Assembly: GCA_963668315.1 (NCBI GenBank) | Contig: OY764216.1 | Location: 3,488,001 to 3,552,000 of the forward strand | Length of the DNA: 64,000 nt | DNA from: Spirochaetia bacterium | GTDB lineage: Bacteria; Spirochaetota; Spirochaetia; DSM-2461 | Direction: 5' to 3' | In this document: positions 50,279-58,677 of the stretch, in pieces | How the letters are laid out: each line of letters begins with the position of its first letter | Numbering within the stretch: the stretch's first letter is position 1 | Notes under the pieces: generated by a model | Told to the model about the DNA's origin: nothing | What the model saw: the letters and a program-made list of their open reading frames with translations, nothing else | Databases searched by the model: none | Made by a program: the position numbers and the translations under genes

Positions 50279-51676
50279 ATGACTAAAACTCAACAGAACG
50301 GAGGGGATCTGATCTTCAGACTGGAAGACCGGCCCTCCGCAGGAAAGGCGTTTTTTGCCTCTCTGCAGCATCTGATGGCTATCTTCATCGGAATTGTCAC
50401 CCCCGCCATCGTTATTTCCGGCGCCCTGGGATTCAGTACGGAAACCTCTTCCTATCTGATCAGCATGTCCCTCTTCGTCTCCGGCGTGGCCACCTTTATC
50501 CAGTGCCGCAAGTTCGGCATCGTCGGATCGGGACTTCTGAGCATTCAGGGAACAAGTTTCACCTTCCTGTCCCTCTGCATCAGCATCGGTTTTTCCGTGA
50601 AGGGAGCCGGCGGATCGGAAAGGGAAATCCTGGCGGCCATATTCGGCACCTGTCTCATCGCTTCCCCCGTGGAGATGATATTCAGCCGCTTTATCCCCAT
50701 GCTCAAGAAAATCATCACCCCCCTTGTCAGCGGTATCGTGGTAACCCTTATCGGTATGTCCCTGATCAAAGTGGGCCTGACCGATGTGGGCGGCGGCAGC
50801 TGGCTTCTTTCCAACAAGCCGGAACTCTTCGCCAGTCCCCGCAACCTGATGCTGGCCGGTATCGTTCTTGTCGTGGTGATTCTTTTCAACCGGAGCCGGA
50901 ACAAGTGGCTTCGCATGGGAGCCATCGTTTTCGGTCTGGTGGCCGGTTACGCGGTGGCCGCTTTCCTCGGCCAGGTCAACTTCGGCAACATATCCAGCCT
51001 CAAAATCGTGGCCCTTCCCATCCCCTTCCGCTTCGGACTGGCCGTCAGCTGGCCCCATGTCATCCCCATGGCCCTTCTGTTCCTCGTGACCACCGTGGAA
51101 TCCATGGGAGACCTGACGGCTACCTCCATGATCTCCGGCGAACCGGTGGAAGGCGACGTGTACATGAAACGCATTTCCGGCGGCATTCTGGGTGACGGTA
51201 TCAATTCCGCCCTCGCCGCGATATTCAACACCTTCCCCAACACGACATTCAGCCAGAACAACGGCGTCATCCAGATGACCGGTGTCGCCAGCCGCTACGT
51301 GGGCTACTGGATCTCCGGCCTGCTCGTTATTTTCGGCCTGTTCCCCATCGTGGGCGGACTCTTCTCCATTATTCCCAACTCCGTTCTCGGAGGGGCCACC
51401 ATTATCATGTTCGGTACGGTGGCGGCTTCGGGTATCAGAATCATTGCCACCAGCATCATCGACAGAAGAGGTGTCCTTATCATGGCCCTCTCCTTTTCCA
51501 TGGGACTGGGAGTGGTATTCGTTCCCGAGATTCTGCAGGCTCTGCCTCCCTTCTTCAAGGGCGTTCTCGGTTCCGCCATCACTACCGGCGGTCTGACGGC
51601 TATTCTTTTGAACATCGTGCTTCCCCGCAGTTTTCATGAACAGCCCGTGGACGAACCCATGAAGGACATGATCTGA
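50279..51676 (+). CDS. xanQ: NCS2/NAT nucleobase permease, XanQ-like
   Basis: TM1 QH motif (LQHLMA); NAT signature TTFSQNNGVIQMTGVASRYVG, near-identical to xanthine permease XanQ as recalled. Confidence 0.85.
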   Translation: MTKTQQNGGDLIFRLEDRPSAGKAFFASLQHLMAIFIGIVTPAIVISGALGFSTETSSYLISMSLFVSGVATFIQCRKFGIVGSGLLSIQGTSFTFLSLCISIGFSVKGAGGSEREILAAIFGTCLIASPVEMIFSRFIPMLKKIITPLVSGIVVTLIGMSLIKVGLTDVGGGSWLLSNKPELFASPRNLMLAGIVLVVVILFNRSRNKWLRMGAIVFGLVAGYAVAAFLGQVNFGNISSLKIVALPIPFRFGLAVSWPHVIPMALLFLVTTVESMGDLTATSMISGEPVEGDVYMKRISGGILGDGINSALAAIFNTFPNTTFSQNNGVIQMTGVASRYVGYWISGLLVIFGLFPIVGGLFSIIPNSVLGGATIIMFGTVAASGIRIIATSIIDRRGVLIMALSFSMGLGVVFVPEILQALPPFFKGVLGSAITTGGLTAILLNIVLPRSFHEQPVDEPMKDMI

Positions 51677-51697
51677 TTCTGACGGCGCCGTTCCTAT

Positions 51698-51735
51698 AAA
51701 AGAGGCTGTCCCATAAGTCATGGGGCAGCCTTTTT
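51698..51735. terminator. Bidirectional-type intrinsic terminator
   Basis: AAAAG-AGGCTGTCCCAT-aagtc-ATGGGGCAGCCT-TTTT. Confidence 0.8.
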
Positions 51736-51814
51736 CTGGGGAAAACTTTGTGCTGATTGCCCTCAGAATGGCCTGGCATGGTGAAGTCTGTGTTTCCATA
51801 CACAGACCGTTTCT

Positions 51815-51847
51815 GAAGAAAACCTGCCGGGGCAATTCACCCCGGCA
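51815..51847 (-). terminator. Terminator of surface lipoprotein gene
   Basis: TGCCGGGG-N7-CCCCGGCA, then GGTTTTCTTC on the minus strand. Confidence 0.6.
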
Positions 51848-51866
51848 TGATCATTAAACTAAAGGC

Positions 51867-53513
51867 TTATTCAGCGTCAGTATCATCAGCCCAACTGTCC
51901 CAAGGGTGATGAGATTTGGTTAAGGCACAGGTTTCCCCACTGAAGTGGTCATGGACAATATCTTCTGCCACTTTACCGCCCCAGGAAGAGAGGTCCTGAT
52001 TGAAGACCCACGCAGCATTGAACATGTAATCCATATTCGTGACCTTCCTGACATCCCACTCTGAAATATCCTGATTGAAGGAATGGGCAGACCGGAACAT
52101 CCATGGCATTGCAGTGACGTTACTGACATCCCAGCCGGAAATATCCTGATTGAAGGCTCGTGCATAATAGAACATATAACTCATATCAGTGACACTGCTG
52201 ACATCCCAGCCTGAAATATCCTGATTAAACATCCCGCAGTAATAGAACATTCCGTACATTGTTGTGATACTGCTGACATCCCAATGGGAAATATCCTGAT
52301 TTAAGGCTCGTGCCTCATTGAACATATCACTCATATTAGTAACATTGCTGACATCCCACCGGGAAATATCCTGATTGAAATTCCATGCTATGCTATGGTT
52401 TGAATCATAAATGTCCTTAAACAGATTTGACATGTCTGTAATGCCCGAAGTATCCACATGGGTGACATCTTTTTCTGCCAGAATCATGGTTTTCAGTTCA
52501 TCTTTAGTGACGGTTATGAGCACACAGACCGTATAGGTCCGGCTGCTGCCGTCTTCTGCGGTCACCGTGTAAGTCACATCACCCGTAAAGTCGTTAGGGG
52601 TCGAGGCCGAGGTCTGTGCGGTACCATTTACACTGACCGTATCACCGGTGGTAGAGAACGTGGGGATAAGAGTCGTCACATCAGTGCCGTAAGGCACTAT
52701 TACTTTAATGTAGCTCTGGTCTTCGGTAATGACGCCGGTGACATCAGCCGTGAGGGAGCTGTTCAGGGCCGAAGTGAAACCGAAAGCGGTGATGGCTTTA
52801 TAGGGTGTGGGCTCAAAAGTAATCGATACAGTATAGTCTGCCGTTGAACCGTCCTCTGCTGTGACGGTGTAGGTGACAGCATGGGAAAAGTCGTTGGACG
52901 AAACACCGGAAGTCTGGACAGTATCTCCCACAGAAACCGAAACTCCGGTGGTTGAGAAAGTGGGTACCAGATTTGTCAGAACGGTTTCGCTCAACGAGAA
53001 AGGCAGGACGGCTGTAATGGTCCGGTTATTTTCCGAAACCGTGGCGGTGATGTCTTGTTTAAGGGAGCTGTTCGAGCTGGAGGTTAAACTGAAGGAGGTG
53101 ATTTCTTTGGCTGAGTTAAGAGCCTGAGTCACTGTAACGGTGTATTCCGCTGTGGAACCATCCGCAGCCGTAACTGTGTAGACCACACTGCCGGAAAAGT
53201 CGTTGGCGGTGGTTCCGGAAGTCTGGACGGTACCGACTATCGAAAGGGAAACTCCGGAGGTGGTGAAGGTGGCAACCAGTGCCGTAAGGTCGGTGCCGTA
53301 GGGCACGGTCGCGGTAAGAACGGTTCCTGAAATAGTGGCTATAATGTCCGTGGACAAGGCTGTGTTTGTATCAGCGGTAAAAGAAAAGGCTGTGATGCTT
53401 TTTTCCCTTGATTTTACTTCATCTGCTGTATCCAGAAGATTACAGCCCGTGAGGAACAGTGCCAGAACGGCCACTGCCATTAATGCTTTCATGGAAAAGA
53501 AACCCTTACACAT
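51867..53513 (-). CDS. Surface lipoprotein: three Ig-like (DUF5018-like) repeats plus DUF285/BspA-type 25-aa repeats
   Basis: Lipobox LTGC; three K.IT.F.F...VPYGT...NDF....YTVTAEDGS units; five complete FNQDIS.WDVS.VT.M..MF units plus a partial one. Confidence 0.88.
   Translation of the reverse strand: MCKGFFSMKALMAVAVLALFLTGCNLLDTADEVKSREKSITAFSFTADTNTALSTDIIATISGTVLTATVPYGTDLTALVATFTTSGVSLSIVGTVQTSGTTANDFSGSVVYTVTAADGSTAEYTVTVTQALNSAKEITSFSLTSSSNSSLKQDITATVSENNRTITAVLPFSLSETVLTNLVPTFSTTGVSVSVGDTVQTSGVSSNDFSHAVTYTVTAEDGSTADYTVSITFEPTPYKAITAFGFTSALNSSLTADVTGVITEDQSYIKVIVPYGTDVTTLIPTFSTTGDTVSVNGTAQTSASTPNDFTGDVTYTVTAEDGSSRTYTVCVLITVTKDELKTMILAEKDVTHVDTSGITDMSNLFKDIYDSNHSIAWNFNQDISRWDVSNVTNMSDMFNEARALNQDISHWDVSSITTMYGMFYYCGMFNQDISGWDVSSVTDMSYMFYYARAFNQDISGWDVSNVTAMPWMFRSAHSFNQDISEWDVRKVTNMDYMFNAAWVFNQDLSSWGGKVAEDIVHDHFSGETCALTKSHHPWDSWADDTDAE
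51981..52379 (-). repeat. 75-bp coding tandem repeat (about 5.3 copies)
   Basis: TCCTGATT(G/A/T)AA recurs at 51994, 52069, 52144, 52219, 52294 and 52369. Confidence 0.9.
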
Positions 53514-53603
53514 AGGATCTCCTTAAGCGGGAATGTTTTCTGGAGAGATTTATAGCAGAGTGGAGAAAAGAAATCGTCCGGGTTTATCATTTGGGACGTT
53601 TTT

Positions 53604-54794
53604 TTATTGACGGGTCAGCAGTACGCAGCTTTCTATATGGCCTGTCCAGGGGAACATGTCCACCGGCTGAATCTCCCGCACTCCGTAACCCTCTTTCCCG
53701 AACCTTTCCAGGTCGACGGCCAGACTCTCGGGGCCGCAGGAAATATACACCACTTTTTCCGGCTTGAGCTTTCCCACGGAAGAGATGAACGCCTGGGACG
53801 ATCCGCTCCGGGGAGGATCCAGAAAAACCACATCCAGGGTCTCTCCCTCCCGGGCCATTTCCGTGATGAACTTTCCCGCATCCCCCTTGAAAAAACGGGC
53901 GTTGGAAATCTCGTTTCTTCTGGCGTTCTGCACGGCGTTCTGCACGGCGTCACCGTTCAGTTCCACGCCGATAACCGACCGTGCTTCCCGGCTGGCGATG
54001 AGACCGATGGTCCCTATGCCCGAATAGGCGTCGAGCACCGTTTCTTTTCCGGTCAGGCCGGCCATTTCGATAGCCTTTTTATAGAGCTTTTCGGTCTGTA
54101 CCGGATTTATCTGATAGAAAGATCCGGGGGATATCTGAAACTTCATTCCGCATAGGGTATCCACGATAAAACCTTTGCCGTAAAGAATGATATCCCGCTG
54201 GCCCAGAACCATGGTGGTGTCCTCGTCATTGATATTCTGGACAATGGTGGTAATTTCCGGATGCTTCTCCCTCAGAACACGGATATAGTTTTTCTTCCCC
54301 GGGAAGAGGGGAGAGGTAACCACAAGGACCACCATGATCTGACCGCTCTGAAATCCCACTTTTATCAGGACATGGCGGAGAAATCCCTGTCCCGTCTTCT
54401 CGTTATAGGCGGTCATCTTGAAGGATTTCATCAGGGATTTGATCGTCATCACGATACTGTCGGCCCGCTCATCCTGAATCAGGCAGCGGTCAATGGGGAC
54501 CAGCCGGTGGCTGTGCTCCGCGTATAATCCGTTTTTCACGCCCTTCCGGGGATCGAAGAGAAAGGTGGAATGGGACTTGTTCCGGTATCCCCAGGGCTCG
54601 TCCATTCCCAGAATCGGGTTGATCCTGCCGAATTTTCCGAGGAGTTTACCCAGCATCTCCTCCTTGAAACGCAGGGTTTCCCCGTAGCTGCGGTCCTGCA
54701 GCTGGCAGCCCCCGCACTGGGCAAAGTGAGGACAGGGTGTTTTATCCGATTTATTTCCGCCGCTGCGGTAACTGGTAGGTTTTGTTCTTTTCAT
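53604..54794 (-). CDS. rlmD: 23S rRNA (uracil1939-C5)-methyltransferase, lacking a TRAM domain
   Basis: CPHFAQCGGCQ, YRNK, SFYQIN, DAYSGIG, LDPPRSG, YISC, DMFPWTGHIE. Confidence 0.93.
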   Translation of the reverse strand: MKRTKPTSYRSGGNKSDKTPCPHFAQCGGCQLQDRSYGETLRFKEEMLGKLLGKFGRINPILGMDEPWGYRNKSHSTFLFDPRKGVKNGLYAEHSHRLVPIDRCLIQDERADSIVMTIKSLMKSFKMTAYNEKTGQGFLRHVLIKVGFQSGQIMVVLVVTSPLFPGKKNYIRVLREKHPEITTIVQNINDEDTTMVLGQRDIILYGKGFIVDTLCGMKFQISPGSFYQINPVQTEKLYKKAIEMAGLTGKETVLDAYSGIGTIGLIASREARSVIGVELNGDAVQNAVQNARRNEISNARFFKGDAGKFITEMAREGETLDVVFLDPPRSGSSQAFISSVGKLKPEKVVYISCGPESLAVDLERFGKEGYGVREIQPVDMFPWTGHIESCVLLTRQ

Positions 54795-54838
54795 ATGAAT
54801 TACGCTATATTTCCTGCTCAATCTATCATCTATAGGGC

Positions 54839-56128
54839 TCAGAGTTCAAGGTCCACCGACTGGTCGCCGGGGGCCCCGTCATCCAGAATGGAGTCTAGAT
54901 AGGCGTAAAGGAAAGGGTGGGGGTCCTTCCGAAAAAGGTTCAGCCCCTCTTCTCTGAAATCCTCCCGGCTCTCCCGGCCGGAGAAAAAGTTAAGATTCGC
55001 CAGACTGAGGATCCGGGACATTTCATCGATCTCATCCTGTGAATAGGAACTCTCCTCCAGGGCCTTTCTTACCATGCTGTCCGAAGTGCCGATAAAGAAA
55101 TCCCTTAAGGCCCGGGACTGTTTTTCACTGAAAAGAGTCCCCTCATCGGCGAGGCTCACAGCCCTGTAGTTCCACCGATCATTTTCCCGGGAAATGACTC
55201 CGTAATTGTGGGGATAAACGGAGAGGGAATTGGTCGTGATATCCACGATTTTCCCGCCGGGAACAGTCTCTTCCATGATATCCTGAATATGAATATGTCC
55301 CGTGAGTATGGTATAGACGTGAAGGGACGAGAAGAAATCAACAAGCGCCCTGTTGTCGTCTATGGTAAAACCGTCGCTGACCATGATATTGTGTTCCAAG
55401 AGGGGGTGGTGCATGGCTGCCATCATCTCTTTACCCTCAGCCTTTCCTTCCCGCACCGTCTGTTCAATCCACGCCCGTGTTTCCTGTGAAATAACGCCGT
55501 TGCTCACGGGAAAATCATAGGTGAGATTGTTTTCATAGCGGCAGGTATCCAGCATGAGAATCTGAATTCCTTCCACAGGCTCAATCAGATAACTGAGGGA
55601 ATTTTCATCTCGGGAAAGGGCTTCTCCGTATCCGAAGTCACCGTAGAAGGAGGTAAATTCATCGGGTGTCACCGACTCAACCCTGCCGATCCTCTTTTCG
55701 GTGATTTTTCTCGCCCAGGGATTCAGAATATCGTGGTTTCCCGGAATGACATAAACTTCGGTCCCCAGAGATTCTATTTTTTTGAAAAAATCAGCCAGTT
55801 CAAGGTGACTCAGTTTCTCTCCGTTAAAGGTAAGGTCCCCCGTTACCAGAAGAGCGACGGGCCTCCCGCCTTTGACCTTTTTGTAGAAGGCCGAAAGAAT
55901 CCTGTCTATCTGAAGGGTATTTTTTCCATCCCCCTCCTCAATCATCCGGGTAAAGATTTCCCCCCTGTCCCGCAGTTTCCCCGAAAGGAAATGGACGTCG
56001 GTAATGACCCAGATTTCCCGGGAAACCTGAATTTCTTTACTATTCCAGCCCTTTGAACAACCGGTCATGGAAAGAGACAATGAGATGAGAAGAGAAAGAA
56101 GTAAGATGGGAAAAGCCTGTTTTTTCAT
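54839..56128 (-). CDS. Calcineurin-like metallophosphoesterase lipoprotein
   Basis: Lipobox MTGC; TDVH, TGDL, PGNHD, MHH, GHIH. Confidence 0.88.
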   Translation of the reverse strand: MKKQAFPILLLSLLISLSLSMTGCSKGWNSKEIQVSREIWVITDVHFLSGKLRDRGEIFTRMIEEGDGKNTLQIDRILSAFYKKVKGGRPVALLVTGDLTFNGEKLSHLELADFFKKIESLGTEVYVIPGNHDILNPWARKITEKRIGRVESVTPDEFTSFYGDFGYGEALSRDENSLSYLIEPVEGIQILMLDTCRYENNLTYDFPVSNGVISQETRAWIEQTVREGKAEGKEMMAAMHHPLLEHNIMVSDGFTIDDNRALVDFFSSLHVYTILTGHIHIQDIMEETVPGGKIVDITTNSLSVYPHNYGVISRENDRWNYRAVSLADEGTLFSEKQSRALRDFFIGTSDSMVRKALEESSYSQDEIDEMSRILSLANLNFFSGRESREDFREEGLNLFRKDPHPFLYAYLDSILDDGAPGDQSVDLEL

Positions 56129-56182
56129 GGGAAGATCATATAATACACCGGCAGGGCCGGGCAATAACACAGCCTATCGGAA

Positions 56183-56968
56183 TTATGCTTTTAGCAGGGG
56201 TTTTATCTGATTTATGTAGAAGGACGATCTTTCCAGTTCCAGAGTAATGAAGTGGACATCGGCAATTTCCGCGGATTTTGAATGGTCGATGAGACGGGCA
56301 TTCAGCGTGATGACCCCGTCGGAAGTGCTTATCTCTGCCTGTAAATCATTCGAATCGAGCAAAGGCTGCAGGACGGGCAGATCGACGTATATCATGATTC
56401 TGTTGACAGAGGAACTCATAATACGGCCGGTCACTTTTTCCCCCGTGGAAAGGGAGAGCTGGAGATGTTTGGAAAAACCGATTTCCGCCAGATCCCGATA
56501 GGGATATTTTTTATTCGCGTAAAGGGGCGATTCATAAATTTCCGCCGATTTCATCTCCCATAGAAAATAATATTCAATAAGTTGCAGGTAATCCTGGGGG
56601 GCATACTGATAGCTCAGCGTGATGAGGCATTGGTTATGCCTTTTATTCAATTCCTGAAATTCCTCAATCTTCGCCCTGAAAAAAAGGGGAATCGGTTTGT
56701 CGTATTCGGGGTTGAAAATTTCCAGATGAAAGGTGATGCTGGAAAACTCTTCGCCTTGCAGAAATTCCTGTTCTTTCCTGCTGAGTATCAGCAGAACTTT
56801 GCATCCCTTATCTGAAATCCGGCAGGGAACGCAGGAAAGTTTGATCTGGTCCAGACGGAGAATACAGCGGCTTCTGTTTATACCGAGGATTTTCAATATA
56901 TAGGGATTAATGGTGATAGATCTTTCCCCGAAGATCTGGGGCATTTTTTTTGTACTGTATTTCTCCAT
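56183..56968 (-). CDS. PlzA-like tandem PilZ-fold protein with degenerate c-di-GMP motifs
   Basis: 261 aa; two beta-barrel-like halves resembling spirochaete PlzA (LSCVPCRISDKGCKV, LITLSYQYAPQDY); no RxxxR in the linker. Confidence 0.55.
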   Translation of the reverse strand: MEKYSTKKMPQIFGERSITINPYILKILGINRSRCILRLDQIKLSCVPCRISDKGCKVLLILSRKEQEFLQGEEFSSITFHLEIFNPEYDKPIPLFFRAKIEEFQELNKRHNQCLITLSYQYAPQDYLQLIEYYFLWEMKSAEIYESPLYANKKYPYRDLAEIGFSKHLQLSLSTGEKVTGRIMSSSVNRIMIYVDLPVLQPLLDSNDLQAEISTSDGVITLNARLIDHSKSAEIADVHFITLELERSSFYINQIKPLLKA

Positions 56969-57059
56969 GGTTCTATTGTAAACTTTTGCAGGGTAAAATC
57001 AATAAGACCTTCTCTTTTCCTTTGTAAAAAAAATCAGTTTTAAAGGGGGGGAGGGGTGG

Positions 57060-57971
57060 CTAACCTATGGAATAACGGTTCCTGCCGCTGTTCTTGCTTT
57101 GATAAAGAAGGGAATCGATTCTTGTAAAAAGAGACTCTTCGCCGTCATCCCTTTTCATAAGGGTAATGCCGAAGGACGCCGTCACGCTGACCTTATCCTC
57201 CCCGGCCAATAGGAATGACTCCCCGATCATGATGAGGACTCTGTCAAATACGGCGCGAATCTGCTGCTCTTCTGACACACCGGGGAGCAGCAGCATGAAC
57301 TCTTCTCCTCCCCAGCGGCAGACAATATCCTCGTCTCTGAGAGCCTTAACCAGTGTTCCCGCCGTCATTTTAAGAATCCGGTCGCCGAATTCATGGCCGT
57401 AGGTATCGTTGATATGTTTGAAATGGTCCAGGTCACAGATGGCCGCTGCAAAGGGAATTTGTTTATTTCGGTAATCATCCAGAAAATGTTCCAGCTCTTT
57501 GTCGCAGTAACGCCGGTTTCCCACCCTTGTCAGGGTATCCTTATACAGCTCTTCATGGAGAAGGTCGATTTTCCGGCGGGCCATTCTGATTTCCGAAGTA
57601 TCGGTGAAAAGTTCCAGTACCCCTTCCAGTTTACCCGAATCATAGGACCAGGGAACCCCATGCACTTTCACGGGAATACGGTAGCCTTCCTTATGGTGGA
57701 GAAAGACACAGGCTGTCTGCTCCTCCTTTGTATTCATTACATCCATGAGGGGACAGCGTTCACCGCAGAGAAGATGTCCCTCCCGGTCCACATGGTTAAG
57801 AATGTTGTCGGAACACGTCCGGCCCAGAACATCTTCTGCGGAGAAACCGGTTATTCTCTCGGCACTGCGGTTCCAGAAAATGATTTTCCGTTCCAGGTCT
57901 ATCAGGTACGCGCCCTCTTCCAGATTGTTGAGAATCCTCATCATAAAACCGGAGAAAACTTTCTTCGCCAT
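57060..57971 (-). CDS. PAS-GGDEF diguanylate cyclase
   Basis: PAS WNRSAERITGFSAEDVLG; DTLT, DLDHFKHINDTYGH, RDED I-site, GGEEF; alternative start at 57980. Confidence 0.93.
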   Translation of the reverse strand: MAKKVFSGFMMRILNNLEEGAYLIDLERKIIFWNRSAERITGFSAEDVLGRTCSDNILNHVDREGHLLCGERCPLMDVMNTKEEQTACVFLHHKEGYRIPVKVHGVPWSYDSGKLEGVLELFTDTSEIRMARRKIDLLHEELYKDTLTRVGNRRYCDKELEHFLDDYRNKQIPFAAAICDLDHFKHINDTYGHEFGDRILKMTAGTLVKALRDEDIVCRWGGEEFMLLLPGVSEEQQIRAVFDRVLIMIGESFLLAGEDKVSVTASFGITLMKRDDGEESLFTRIDSLLYQSKNSGRNRYSIG

Positions 57972-57997
57972 AATTTCCATTCCCCTTCAAAGAGCAA

Positions 57998-58522
57998 TCA
58001 GGCAAAAATATCGATCTTCCCCCGGGACTGTTCCTGAATCAGCTGCTCCTGAGCTTTGCTTGCCAGACGATAGGCCTGTGCGGCCGTTCTCATATCCCCT
58101 CCCGAAGGGCTGGCTGCGGCATTGGCCGCACTGATAATCGTGCGGGCCTTACTGAGCGTGGCCGCCGGGTCACCGGGAATCTCGGACAGGTCGACGGCGA
58201 TTTTTCCCCCGACGGCAATGGTCTCCCCGCCGGGACCTTTCATGGTATTATAAAGAATTCCCGAATCGGCCGCCGAACCGAGGGCTGCCATATGGGCGTT
58301 TTCATGCCTCCGGACTTCCCCGTTTCTCTCAAGGGCTTCCCGGGAAATCTCCACATCATAATCCCTGTCGGAAAGGGAGAATCCTTCTATTGCTCCGGAT
58401 GAGCCCGTATCGGACGTTTTTTCCGCAGAAACGACGAGAACCTGTTCTCTCTGGCCTTTCCCGGCTCCGAGGGCGGGAGAAGGGGAGGAATAGTTACCGG
58501 AAAAATTATATACGACACGCAT
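57998..58522 (-). CDS. SprA-related family putative metalloprotease
   Basis: EVRRHENAH (HExxH), GPGG..AVGGK, PAATLSKA, PSGGD..AAQA. Confidence 0.8.
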   Translation of the reverse strand: MRVVYNFSGNYSSPSPALGAGKGQREQVLVVSAEKTSDTGSSGAIEGFSLSDRDYDVEISREALERNGEVRRHENAHMAALGSAADSGILYNTMKGPGGETIAVGGKIAVDLSEIPGDPAATLSKARTIISAANAAASPSGGDMRTAAQAYRLASKAQEQLIQEQSRGKIDIFA

Positions 58523-58677
58523 AGAGTAGTTTAACTATAATGTAAAAAGAAAGAGAAGAAAAGCAATTTTTATAAAAGATGATTTTCTGATGTCTGGTCC
58601 TGTATCATCAGGCTGTATTTGTAAAAAAAATCTTAAATATTCTTTACAATTACATATTTTTCTATATAAATATTATT

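Noticed and set aside
51867..53513. Possible diversity-generating retroelement target or CRISPR-like array
   Set aside because: No reverse transcriptase, template repeat or cas gene in the window; the repeats are in-frame 75-bp coding units without spacers
53604..53680. Genomic-island att site at rlmD 3' end
   Set aside because: No duplicated rlmD end and no integrase seen
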